Notes: generated by a model from the sequence alone, not told the origin. Numbered from the stretch's first letter, positions 1-11,819 are shown. The stretch: 64,000 nt of DNA from Octopus vulgaris (GCA_951406725.2 OX597835.1:47988001-48052000); one strand, 5' to 3'. Made by a program: numbers and translations.

Positions 1-346
1 TATTATGTCGGAGTTATCCCAGTTACCTGAGTCACCTTCTCCTAGAAGGATGCCCTAACAAAGGCTGGGAGTCCTTCACTCCCAATGGTTTAGCCGCGCA
101 ATCGGGTATTCAGTCCGATTATTTCTATGTCCCCGCGCATGATACAGCTTTAAGACATTTATTGGATGGCCGTTGACTCTCAAGAGTTCCTCCGCCCTTT
201 GACGGGTTTTGTTTTCATCCCGCAGGGTGTCCAATAAACACCCTCCTCACCAAGCAAGCTTGGTGGGGTTGCCGGTTTAGTCGCCGACGACCATGCAACA
301 GGTTGTATTGGGTTACATGTTGCCAGTAGCACTCGAAAGTGACCTG
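1..346 (-). mobile_element. Probable 5' UTR of an RTE-clade LINE (body lies beyond window start)
   Basis: Minus strand carries GGCGACTAAACCGGC and ...CCTTCTAGGAGAAGG blocks resembling RTE 5' UTRs; bounded by (TACA)n at 347. Family call is by recall only. Confidence 0.5.
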
Positions 347-421
347 ACATACATACATACATACATACATACATACATACATACATACATACATACATAC
401 ATACATACATGCATACATACA
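347..421. repeat. (TACA)n microsatellite
   Basis: Direct reading of tandem ACAT units. Confidence 0.95.
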
Positions 422-539
422 TACGGCCATATCACGCTGAATGCACCGGTTCTCGTCCGATCACCGAAGTTAAGCAACGTCAACCATAAGTGAGTATTTC
501 GATGGGTGACCGATTGGAAAACCTAGGTGTTGTAAACAT
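419..539 (+). rRNA. 5S rRNA-like copy (probable pseudogene or 5S-derived SINE head)
   Basis: TACGGCCATATCACGCTGAATGCACCGGTTCTCGTCCGATCACCGAAGTTAAGCAACGTC...GATGGGTGACCG...GTGTTGTA follows the eukaryotic 5S consensus over about 120 nt. Box A and box C are recognisable, the 3' half is diverged, and no oligo-T terminator follows. Confidence 0.85.
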
Positions 540-550
540 CTCACACAACA

Positions 551-1102
<552 letters not shown>

Positions 1103-1380
1103 CATAGATATATACGACGGGCCCGGGCTTAGGGGATGCTATATTCGAAGACACTTGCCCAACGTGCCACGCTGCAGGACTGAACTCAGAGTCATGTGGC
1201 TGGGAAGCATTGAAATCTTTGCCAAAACCCTTGACCCTTCTCCTGTATTCCAGTCTTTTTTCAACCCTTTCTTTTTATATTTTCTTCAGTCATTTCACAG
1301 GGCCACGATAGGCTAGCCCTTTCAAAGTTCTTAGTTTAATCTATCGAACCCAAAACATTGATAATAATGTTATCGGTTAA

Positions 1381-1925
1381 GGCATGGGGACTGGCAGAAT
1401 CGTTAGCACGCCGGGTGCGTCTGCCGTTACGTTCTGAGTTCAAATTCCGCCGAGGTCGACTTTGCCTTTCATCCTTTCAGGGTCGATAAATTAAGTACCA
1501 GTTACGCACTGGGGTCGATGTAATCGACTTAATCCCTTTGTCTGTCCTTATTTGTCCTCTCTTTGTTTAGCCCATTGTGAGTAGTAATGAAATAGGTATT
1601 CCGTCTGTCGCTACGTTCTGAGTTCAAATTCTGCCGAGGTCGATTTTGCCTTTCAACCTTTCGGAGTCGATAAATAAAATACCAGTTACGCACAGGGGTC
1701 AATGTAATCAACTTAATCCCTTTGTCTGTCCTTGTTTGTCCACTCTATGTTTAGCCCCTTATGGGTAGTAAAGAAATAGGCATTTCATCTGCCGCTACCT
1801 TCTGAGTTCAAATTCCGCTGAGGTCAACTTTGCCTTTCAGCCTTTCGGGGTCGTTAAATTAAATACCAGTAACGTACTGGGGTTGATCTGATCCAAAATT
1901 TCGGGCCTTGTGCCCAGAATAGAAA
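1381..1925 (+). mobile_element. Head-to-tail triplet of SINE family B (Meta/Sauria-like domain GCCTTTCATCCTTTCGGGGTCGATAAA)
   Basis: Three consecutive units of about 183 bp, each with GAGTTCAAATTC(C/T)GC, the central domain and AGTACCAG. Confidence 0.85.
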
Positions 1926-2844
1926 AGATTCATTTTATCGGTTTCCATCTATCGAAACGACTGGCGTTACCTCTTGTGTCTTTCATATGTATTTTGCTTT
2001 CTTATTGTATTTTTTGTTTTTGTATGTAATCTACGTTGTTAAGTCAGTATTTATATCCAACTCGTGCGCAATCCTCGAATTTAATAAACCACCCTCTGAT
2101 AGCGAAATCTGATAAATTTCCTTCAGTGTGACACGAGAGGAATATGGGTAGGGATATACATAAATATAGACCATCCAAAGAGAGAATGAGAGGGAGGGGG
2201 AGATAAAGTGAGAAAGAGATAGATGGGGAGAGAGAGAGAGAGAGGGAGAGAGGGAGAGCGTCTGTCTGCGTTTAACACCAAAAGCGATAAAAATGTCACA
2301 AGCCTTGTTACGTGAGAATGTTAAAGTGAAGAGAAAATGAAAAATCACAATGATGAGCTCTCGAAATATCATTTTGTTAATGAGCGAGTGTCTCACTGCG
2401 CATGTGCAGTGCATATATATTATACATACACAAATAAATATGTGTATGTATATACATTATGTATATATGCAAGGAAACATTCATTAACACAATGCTGCCG
2501 TTGATATTTATAATTATCTCTTTCTTTTTCCCTTCGTTAGCATACAGGTAATTTAATTGCCGACATCAATGCAATTATCTAAAGGTGACAACAGTCGTAA
2601 TTAATGGCTAATTAGGCAAAAAGAGAAAAAAAAGGTATGTGCTAGAAAGGCAAACAGATATTTTCGAAAACCTAAACGAAATTGTATAAGCATCACTTTC
2701 ATCCCCCAATCTGCAATTTTCGAAAGAGTTTTCGAGAATGCGCTCCATAAATATCTATAGATTGATATACATCTACATCTGCACGTCTCTCTCCACGTCT
2801 CTCTCCACCTCTCTCTCCACCTCTCTCTCCCCCTTTTCTCTCAT

Positions 2845-2876
<32 letters not shown>

Positions 2877-3308
2877 CATATATATGTATGTGTGTATATA
2901 TGAATGTTTGATATATATAGGACGTACTTTCGGTTTCCGTCTATTAAATCTACTGACGCGGTTTTGGTCCACCCCAGTCTATAGAGGAGTTGCACAAGGT
3001 GCCACAAAACCATGTGGTTGGAAACAAATTGTTACAACACACACATACACACGCATATATATACATATATATGGCTTCTTTACAGATGAGGTGTAGCCTT
3101 TGGTGGATTGACTTAGTTTAATTTAACTTAATTAAGCTGGTTTGTCATTAAAAACACCGAAACAATGCATTGTCTAAAGATGAATTAGAGTAAATGTTTT
3201 TAAATATTCTTTTAATTTCTGAATTACTACTACTTGGCGGTTTGAGTCCTGGCTGCTCTTTCTAGTGGGTCGAATGGCCTATTAAGGCCATTCCTCAATT
3301 GTTGTTGA

Positions 3309-3363
<55 letters not shown>

Positions 3364-3485
3364 CTATCAATATAGGGTAGCAAAAAAATTCAAGAAAAAA
3401 TTCAAGAAAAATTTTCTGCAACCAGCGGTCAAGTGAGAAAATAGAAATAGTCACAGACTATATAATATATTCAACAAAATATTAA

Positions 3486-3632
3486 GGAAAGACCCTTACA
3501 GGTCGTTCGACTCACTTGAAAAGAGCAGCCAAAACTCAAACCGCAAAAATAGTAGTAATTATTACTACTATTTTTGCGGTTTGAGTTTTGGCTGCTCTTT
3601 TCAAGTGAGTCGAACGACCTGTTAGGGTCTTT

Positions 3633-3634
<2 letters not shown>
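3486..3634. repeat. Near-perfect palindrome (74-bp arms, 1-nt spacer at 3560, one mismatch)
   Basis: GGAAAGACCCT...AATAGTAGTAAT-T-ATTACTACTATT...AGGGTCTTTCC; lies between (TA)n tracts; a diverged third copy is at about 3221-3310. Confidence 0.9.
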
Positions 3635-3692
<58 letters not shown>

Positions 3693-3721
3693 GTATACAT
3701 TTATATATATACATACATACA

Positions 3722-3777
<56 letters not shown>

Positions 3778-4398
3778 AGGGGGATATTCGCTTTGCTCAT
3801 CCTCTTATCATCAGCATGATCAACGTTTATATTTTCGCATCCCTTATATTTTCGGTTCAAAATATATAACAAGCTATTCACGACATTTTCTTACGTTTGT
3901 ATGAATAATATTTGTGAAATCCTTTTTATGCATCACTTACAGTTTCGTTAGACCGCCGGACAAAATGCTTTGCTTTGCGTATTCTGCCTCCCTACATTGT
4001 TAATTCAGATTACACTGAGTTCGAATTTGCCTCTGCAGCTTTCGGGGCCGAGATGATACAAATCTAATACCGAAGTTGCTTGTGAGGACGAAACCTTTCA
4101 AAATTTTTGGCCTTGTGTTCAAATCAGAACAAAAATATTTTTCTATACATAAATATATATACAGACCCATGCATGTAGGGGTGTGCTTATTTTCATTCTA
4201 AAACACAAACTCGCACACGTATGTACACTGATAACGGGTGGGAGATGCATATTATTCTCGTGGGAAAGGCGTACCTGTTACAATTTCCTTCTAACAGATT
4301 TATATACCTAAATATTTTTCAGGCATCCTAGAATGGTCTACATACACTCGCATATACGTATGTGTGTGTATATTGTGTTATTGCGTGGTTATGATGTG

Positions 4399-4439
<41 letters not shown>

Positions 4440-4746
4440 GGGTGGGAAGTGCGTTTTTGGTGTACATACATGTATCTATACACTGTGGTGTCTGTGAATG
4501 TAGCTAGAGGGTGTGGCCGAATGTAAGTGTGACATGCATGCCTTTCCCACGAGGACTGGTGTCGGGCATGAGACGAATGCAACCGAAAAATGATGGGGGA
4601 AAAGAACTGCTAGGTCGTGGTTTCGGTTCACAGAAAAACTACAGTAGCTCTTTGTTATTCTGAACACTGCGACTACAACACAACACTCGAAGACGACAAA
4701 AACAAGCATGAACAAGGAAGACGACAGACCAACAACAACAACATAC

Positions 4747-4854
<108 letters not shown>

Positions 4855-5092
4855 AAGAATGAACTGAGCATGCGGAATGATACTTCAACCATTTTGAAGT
4901 TCTTTCATAATCATCAACGCAGCATTAGATCCCTTGAGGTTGTTGTCTTCCATTACGAAATCAAGAATATAGTGTTTGTTCTTTTAGTAAACAACAAAAC
5001 AAGAAGAAAAATCATAAACAACAATAACAACAATAACCACCGCAACAACATTTTATACAAACCAGGACGACGGCGACGACAACAAAAAACAG

Positions 5093-5126
<34 letters not shown>

Positions 5127-5340
5127 GCTGCTGCTGCTACTATCGCTAACACAGCTAGTATTTGTACCACCACTACTACCACTATAATGACAATAACATT
5201 AACAAACATACAAAGACACAATAAGGAGATAAGGAAACTACTACAGCACATACATGTGTTTCTATCTTTCTAAGTATGGGTACATATATATATATATGTG
5301 TGTGTGTGTATATATATATATATATGTATATACATGTATA

Positions 5341-5383
<43 letters not shown>

Positions 5384-5738
5384 TATGTATATATATATGT
5401 GTGTATATATATATATATGTACGTATGTATATACATATATATATATGTATATGTTAATATATATATATGTGTATATATATATATGTAAAGGAACTATAGT
5501 AGGTTACCATTATATGTGGGACTGCTTTGTATTATCAACTTGTTTTCCTTCTTCTTCTTCCTCTTCTTCTTTTTATTCCTCCTCCTCCTCTTCTTCCTCC
5601 TTCTGCTCCCCTTCTTTTTCCTTTTCTTCATTTTCTTCTGAGAGATAAAAACCAAAAACCAAGGATAGATACCTTACTGAATTTTAATTTTAATAAAAAT
5701 TCTCTAGAGTTCGTGCGTATTCCTAAAAAGGAAAAATA

Positions 5739-5797
<59 letters not shown>

Positions 5798-5898
5798 AGA
5801 ATAATCATAATTATTATTGTTATGATTAATATATAAAAAATAGTAACAAAATGTAACAAAATTAACATCATTGATAAGGAAATGACTACTACTACCGG

Positions 5899-5949
<51 letters not shown>

Positions 5950-6323
5950 AAGTAGTAATATAAATAGTAGCAATATGATAAGAATGGTAATAGAAATTTT
6001 AATGATCATCACAAATCTACCAGTACTATTTCCGGTTTTATTCTATTACTATTAATTCTTGTGGTAATAGTAGTAGTAGTAGTAGTAAAATGTAAACAGA
6101 TAATGTGAAAGGCATGAACGCCACTACCAACCCTATCACCATTAACATCAACGTGCCTCCACCCACCCCCTTTAAGCAGCCCAACACAAACAACGTTAAA
6201 AGCCATAACAATTATATTGGAAAGACTTTGCCACGAAGACAGACTTATGAAAAAAAGAAAAAAACAAGAAAAAATTGAAAGAAATGATAAACAAAAGCAA
6301 AAGCATAAAAATTAAAATATAAA

Positions 6324-6377
<54 letters not shown>

Positions 6378-6614
6378 GGACGACGAGAAATAAGGAATTT
6401 TGTCTAATGCGAAGGCAAAGATGTTATCTTTCGCAAGACTTTTGAAGATAAGAACAAGAAACGGTGGATTGGAGTTTGATATTCTTTTATTTGGTCGAAC
6501 GAGAAAAAAAAAAGAAGGAATGAAGAAAGAAATACCGAAGAACTACAAGAACAACGACATTAACAACGACGACGAATAATTATAAGCAGAGAAACTAGTA
6601 ATTAAGGAATCTGA

Positions 6615-7464
6615 CTTCTTCTCCTTCTCCTTCTCCTTCTCCTTCTTCTTCTTCTTCTTCTCCTTCTTCTTCTTCTTCTTCTTCTTCTTCTTCTTCTTCT
6701 TCTTCTCCTCCTTCTTCTCCTCCCCCTCCTCCTCCTCCTCTCTTCTTCTTCTTCTTCTTCTTCTTCTTCTTCTCCTCCTCCTCCTCCTCCTTCTTCTTGT
6801 TCTTCTTGTTCTTGTTCTTCTTTTTCTTCTGGTTCTTGTTCTTCTTCTTCTGCTTCTTCTCTTCTTCTTCTTCTCCTTCTTCTCCTTCTTCTCCTTCTTC
6901 TTCTTCTTCTTCTTCTCCTTCTCCTTCTCCTTCTCCTTCTCCTTCTTCTCCTTCTTCTTCCTCTCCTTCTTCTTCTTCTCCTTCTCTTCTTGTTCTTGTT
7001 CTTGTTCTTCTTGTTCTTCTTCTTCTCCTTCTTCTCCTTCTTCTCCTTCTTCTTCTTCTCCTTCTTCTTCTTCTTCTTCTCCTTCTCCTTCTCCTTCTCC
7101 TTCTTCTTCTTCTTCTTCTTCTTCTTCTTCTTCTTCTTCTTCTTCTTCTTCTTCTTCTTCTTCTCTTCTTGTTCTTCTCCTCCTTCTTCTCCTCCTCCTC
7201 CTTCTTCTTGTTCTTCTTGTTCTTGTTCTTGTTCTTCTTCTTTTTCTTCTTCTTCTTCTTCTTCTTCTTCTTCTTCTCCTTCTTCTTCTTCTTGTTCTTC
7301 TCTTCTTGTTCTTCTCCTCCTTCTTCTCCTCCTCCTCCTCCTTCTTCTTGTTCTTCTTGTTCTTGTTCTTGTTCTTCTTCTTTTTCTTCTTCTTCTTTTT
7401 CTTCTTCTCCTCCTCCTCCTCCTCCTCCTCCTTCTTCTTCTTCTTCTTCTTCTTCTTCTTCTTG
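6615..7464. repeat. About 850-bp (CTT/CCT/GTT)n pyrimidine-rich tract with internal duplications
   Basis: Direct reading; the block TCCTCCTTCTTCTTGTTCTTCTTGTTCTTGTTC...TTTTTCTTCT recurs near 6780, 7195 and 7335. Confidence 0.95.
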
Positions 7465-7639
7465 CTAGGCGCAATATAATACTATAAAGGAAAATTTCAA
7501 TCGTCACGAAATGTGACTGAGGGTGCCAAAGCACCTACATTCTTAGAAACAAGTGTTAAGAACTCTTAATGTTGTAAGAAGAGCGCAATATATATACACG
7601 GACAGGGGAGGTAAGCCTCCCGTGACAGTCCCTAGTATC

Positions 7640-7687
7640 ACAAGAACAGACTAGTGTCGCCTGTTCTGTAGGCATCATCAGTAGTGA
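7640..7687 (-). ncRNA. Degenerate hammerhead ribozyme
   Basis: Minus: CTGATGA-T-GCCT-acagaac-AGGC-GACA-CTAG-TC; GAAA is mutated to GACA, stem III is palindromic (ACTAGT), stem I is poor. Confidence 0.5.
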
Positions 7688-8050
7688 CTCCCCAAATGGT
7701 CTACATCAGTGTTTCTAAACTTTTTTACCCTTGCGTAACACTTAAAATAAATTGCATGGCTCAAGGAACCCCTGCACGCAAAACTTATATACCATATTTT
7801 CCTCATATTTTTCATTGTAATTCACGTGGTAAATAAATATATATATATATATATATATATGTTTAAAAAAAGGAGATGTCGAACACGAGTGGTGATATAT
7901 AAAAAAGGAAATGAAGAAAATGCTGACAAATAATTGAAGTAATTTAAGTAATTTAATTAGGTGAAAGTTCTTTTTACCGGTTGCGCATTTGTTATGCTTA
8001 TCAAAATATAAAAGAGAGATTAGAGTCTGTCTCTTATATGTGAAAAAAAC

Positions 8051-9277
8051 TTCAACAACAAATTCTACAGACAGAAATCAGGGACGGCAATGGGAACGAA
8101 AACAGCTCCCACTTACGCCAACTTAGTCATGGGATACCTGGAAATCACCCTCTATAATAACGTTCTTAACCAATTTGGCACCACTCTCCACACACATAGA
8201 GAAGAACTGGAAGAGATATCTTGATGACTGCTTCATCCTTTGGCCCGAAACCGTCGAGAAGTTTAACGAACTTCACACTCTTATAAATGGGCTGAACACA
8301 AACATTATTTTCACAATGGAATACAGCCCTCAACAAATTCCCTTCCTCGACATCCTCATTAAAATTCACAACAAAAAAATAGAAACAGACATATACTACA
8401 AGCCCACAGACTCCAAGCAATACCTCCTTTCAATTCATGCCACCCTAGACACGTTAAAATTAACATTCCCTACAACTTAGCCAAGAGAATTTGCACTATA
8501 GTCTCCAATAAAAACACCCGTCTCTTACGTCTACAAGAACTCAAGGGCACATTAACAAGCAGGGATTACCCCACGTCACTAATTGACAATGGGATCCAAC
8601 GCGCCCTAAAACTCAGCACGCAGGAACTTAGACGCCCTAAACCTGTTACATCGAAACCCCATACTCTACCATACATCTCTACACACAACCCCCTCAACAA
8701 TGAAGCTTTTGACACCATCCTCCAGAACATTCCTGTATTACAAAAGGACCATAGAATGAACCAAATCCTCCTAACACACGAAATCATAAAGAGCAAAAGG
8801 CAACCCAAATCATTGAAAACCATCCTAACAAATGCCAAAGTACTGCCAACCACAACAACTAAACCCACAGTAAACAAATGCAATAGACCCAACTGTGGTA
8901 TATGCATCAACCTAATAGAAGGTCCGGAATTCCTTTTTAAACAAGGACAACGTTTCACAGTAAAACACAACTTCACATGCGCATCAGAAAACCTAGTATA
9001 TGTCTTAACTTGCTCGGGCTGTAATGAACACTACATAGGCCAAACAAAAAATAGCCTCCGCCAACGCATGACTGTCCACAGATCCCAAATAAAAATACAG
9101 GAATATAGAAAAATAGCATTTAGTGCACATATTGATACCTGTGCCGCACAACTCCATCCCAATTTTAGAATCTTTCCCCTCTACAAATTTAAAGAAAATG
9201 CCACTCATACCCAGCGAATAACCATGGAATCCCACCTTATTAATAAATACAGACCACTTCTAAACACATGCCCCTAA
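8051..9277 (+). pseudogene. Penelope-like RT C-terminus + GIY-YIG endonuclease (two frameshifts, about 8190 and about 8428)
   Basis: FYRQKSGTAMGTKTAPTYANLVMG; WKRYLDDCF; IPFLDI; TDIYYKPTD; SCHPRHVKINIPY; linker CNRPNCGIC; NLVYVLTCSGCNEHYIGQT...LRQRMTVH...E..LINKYRPLLN. Confidence 0.93.
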
Positions 9278-9756
9278 CACGAACCCACAACAAACACACT
9301 TACACCTGCATACACCCTACACACACCTTTACCCAGATATTAACACCATGACACACACAAATATATGGTTCCACACATACACATAATTGAATACGGGTGC
9401 AAAACATCCAACACTATTTTTTGGAAATGGCTGTAAATATTGACTTCACACAAATACGTTGCTTCCCGATACAGGCACAAGGCCAGCAGAACTATAAATA
9501 TTGAAAATTGTACCCACACACACACACATATATACACGCGCGCGCGCCCCAACATACATATAAACACACACGCGCGCGCGCGCGCACACACATACATACA
9601 TACAGCTCTCCCTGTTCTAAACGAACTTACTTATCCAGTCAAGCGGAAAATACACTCCCTAACTACGCGCTAAAAAGCTATTTAAAATATCCACATGACG
9701 TCTACTGACCAGCCTGAACAATAAGAGTTTTCAACAACACTATTTTCGAAAATTCT

Positions 9757-9957
9757 AAACATTCACGTGACCTCTTTATTATGGCCAATAAGAAATTTTA
9801 GGCGGGACACTAGCCAAATTTTAACTTCTCTGGAGCCTTTTTTCTTACCCCAACACCAACTTCCATTCAAACATTCACGTGACCCCTTCATAATGACCAA
9901 TCAAAATTTTAGGCGCGAAACCAAGCAAATCCAAAACAACTCTGGAGCCTCTTTTTT
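9757..9957 (+). promoter_or_regulatory. Duplicated about 87-bp module in the pseudo-LTR with E-box, CCAAT and GC/E2F-like sites
   Basis: Direct repeats 9757-9843 and 9869-9957, each with CACGTG, CCAAT and TTTTAGGCG(GGA/CGAAA); promoter function is inferred. Confidence 0.45.
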
Positions 9958-9994
9958 TCACATATAAGAGACAGACTCTAATCTCTCTTTTATA

Positions 9995-10030
9995 TTTTGA
10001 TAAGCATAACAAATGCGCAACCGGTAAAAA
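9995..10030 (+). ncRNA. Variant minimal hammerhead in the pseudo-LTR (U3-A8 core); mirrored at about 7971-8006 on minus
   Basis: TTGATAA-GCAT-aacaa-ATGC-GCAA-CCGG-TA-aaaa; stem II 4 bp, palindromic stem III ACCGGT; A13 is C. Confidence 0.5.
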
Positions 10031-10331
10031 GAACTTTCACCTAATTAAATTACTTAAATTACTTCAATTATTTGTCAGCATTTTCTTCATTTGCTTTTTT
10101 TATATATATATATGTATATATATATACATATACATATATATATATATATATTTATATATATATGTATATATATATATATGTATATATATGTACATATATA
10201 TATGTATATATATGTACATATATATATGTATATATATGTATATATATATATATATATGTGTGTATGTATATATATATATATATATGTATATATATGTATA
10301 TATATATATATATATAAATATATATACACAA

Positions 10332-10393
<62 letters not shown>

Positions 10394-10431
10394 AGTGAAT
10401 GGAAGAAATGGAGTTGAACGAAGATTGTACA

Positions 10432-10541
10432 GAATTCCTTTTATTACATTCTACACATGTTTCAAAGGCCACAAATTTCCAAATTCAGATTAAATAAGGG
10501 TACCATATTGTGGCTTTCTCTTCAGGAAAAAACAGGAATTC
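10432..10541 (-). ncRNA. Type I hammerhead ribozyme
   Basis: Minus: gaattcct..ttc-CTGAAGA-GAAAGCCACAA...TTGTGGCCTTT-GAAA-CATGTG-TA-gaa..aggaattc; stem I 3 bp plus 8 bp distal, stem II about 10 bp, GUA triplet. Confidence 0.75.
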
Positions 10542-10607
10542 CGTTGACAGAACGGTTAAACTTTTGAATAATCTGTAACAAGAAAATTCATCTTTCTATT
10601 TCAACAA

Positions 10608-10656
<49 letters not shown>

Positions 10657-10679
10657 TGTATGTATGTATATATGCATAT

Positions 10680-11300
10680 ATGGGTACAAGACGTCACCAA
10701 GAGTAAACAACATGAAATATGTAAACAATGAGAAAAATTGGAAAACAGGACAAGTAAACTCAGAGAAAGGATCCTTCATCAGTTGTCGGCTGTCTATCTA
10801 CTCTTCATTTCGAGCATTCAACGACAAAATGAGTCTTTAAAGACAGTTGCTCCCATAAATTCTGAAACGAAATTTAGGATTTATGGAAGTTCAAAGATGG
10901 GAACAAAAACATGACAGGGGAGACATGCAAGGAAACCGAACGGAAACAAACATCGATGCTTGTTAAACCGGAACGGGAAGAAAATAGTGAACACCGTGAA
11001 GAACATTTTTGTTTTTTGAAAAGGAAAGATAGAAGAGAGAAAAAAACGTTCTTTTTAACGTCCGTGTAGGAAAAGAAAGATGGTCACGTGAGGAAAAGAA
11101 AGATGTATGATGGTCACGTGTGAGCAAAGAGAGAGAGAGAGAGAGGGAGGAGAGAGAGATAGAAAACGGTGAAATAGGGGGGGGGGGAGAAAAAGGGAAT
11201 TAGAGAAGGATGGAGGAAGAAAATAGTATAGAGAAGAGAATCGCATCAAAAAGGTGAAGATAAACTGACTTGGAAATGGATGCATCACGTTCAATTAAAT
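10680..11300 (-). mobile_element. Probable non-autonomous Penelope-type cassette between (TA)n tracts
   Basis: Unique-complexity island bounded by TA repeats, with an orphan CTGATGAAGG on minus (10792-10801). Its start resembles the cassette beginning at about 63939. Confidence 0.35.
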
Positions 11301-11314
11301 AACAAATGGTAAAT

Positions 11315-11368
<54 letters not shown>

Positions 11369-11819
11369 TATACATAGGGTGCCCATAAATCACAGACACC
11401 ACTAAATATATCCTCAATGGTTGTTATATTTTGTTTTTGATGACATAATAGGTTAGGTGGGATGATGTCTATATTACGATCACGAAATTTACATTAGCTA
11501 ATCTTTTCCGCGCGGAACCCCTAGGAACCTTTTGCGGAACCCTAATGTTCCGGGGAACTCGGGAACTCCGGCTGAGAAACTCAGGTCTCGAGTGTGCCCA
11601 CATGTGTGTGTGTGTGTCTGTGTGTGTATGTGTGTAAAGAGATCAAAGGTTTTTCGAGTCATAGGCTCCTAAAGTCGGTTTTCCGGATACTGTGACGTAG
11701 ATATTCCCTGCACCGAGCGCCGGGTCCGTCGCAGAATCAATCATTTTTACTTGCTTAGTAGAATGGAGCAGCGTTAAGTGATTTGTTCTGCTCAAGAATA
11801 AAATACATCGCCTGTTCCA

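Larger units (their letters stand above)
7861..10100 (+). mobile_element. 5'-truncated Penelope-like element (Neptune-type) with inverted pseudo-LTR, inserted in (TA)n
   Basis: RT and GIY-YIG coding region. 7901-8049 is the reverse complement of 9952-10100 (149 bp, one mismatch). Flanked by (TA)n on both sides. Confidence 0.93.
7707..11584. mobile_element. hAT/Charlie-like MITE split by nested insertions (left end about 7707-7830, right end about 11375-11584)
   Basis: Left end CAGTGTTTCTAAAC, right end GCTGAGAAACTCAG, subterminal GGAACCC motifs on both halves; flanks GTCTACAT / GTCTCGAG resemble the NTCTAGAN target. Confidence 0.55.

Noticed and set aside
3512-3550. TTGAAAA-GAG...CTC-AAAC as a U3-A8 hammerhead
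   Set aside because: Lacks the catalytic G12 and a cleavage triplet.
6602-7534. 310-aa Arg/Glu/Lys-rich ORF (protamine-like appearance)
   Set aside because: It coincides exactly with the (GAA/GGA)n tract, and several frames are equally open.
10770-10830. CTGATGA with upstream GAAAT on minus (possible type II hammerhead)
   Set aside because: Stems II and III could not be paired.
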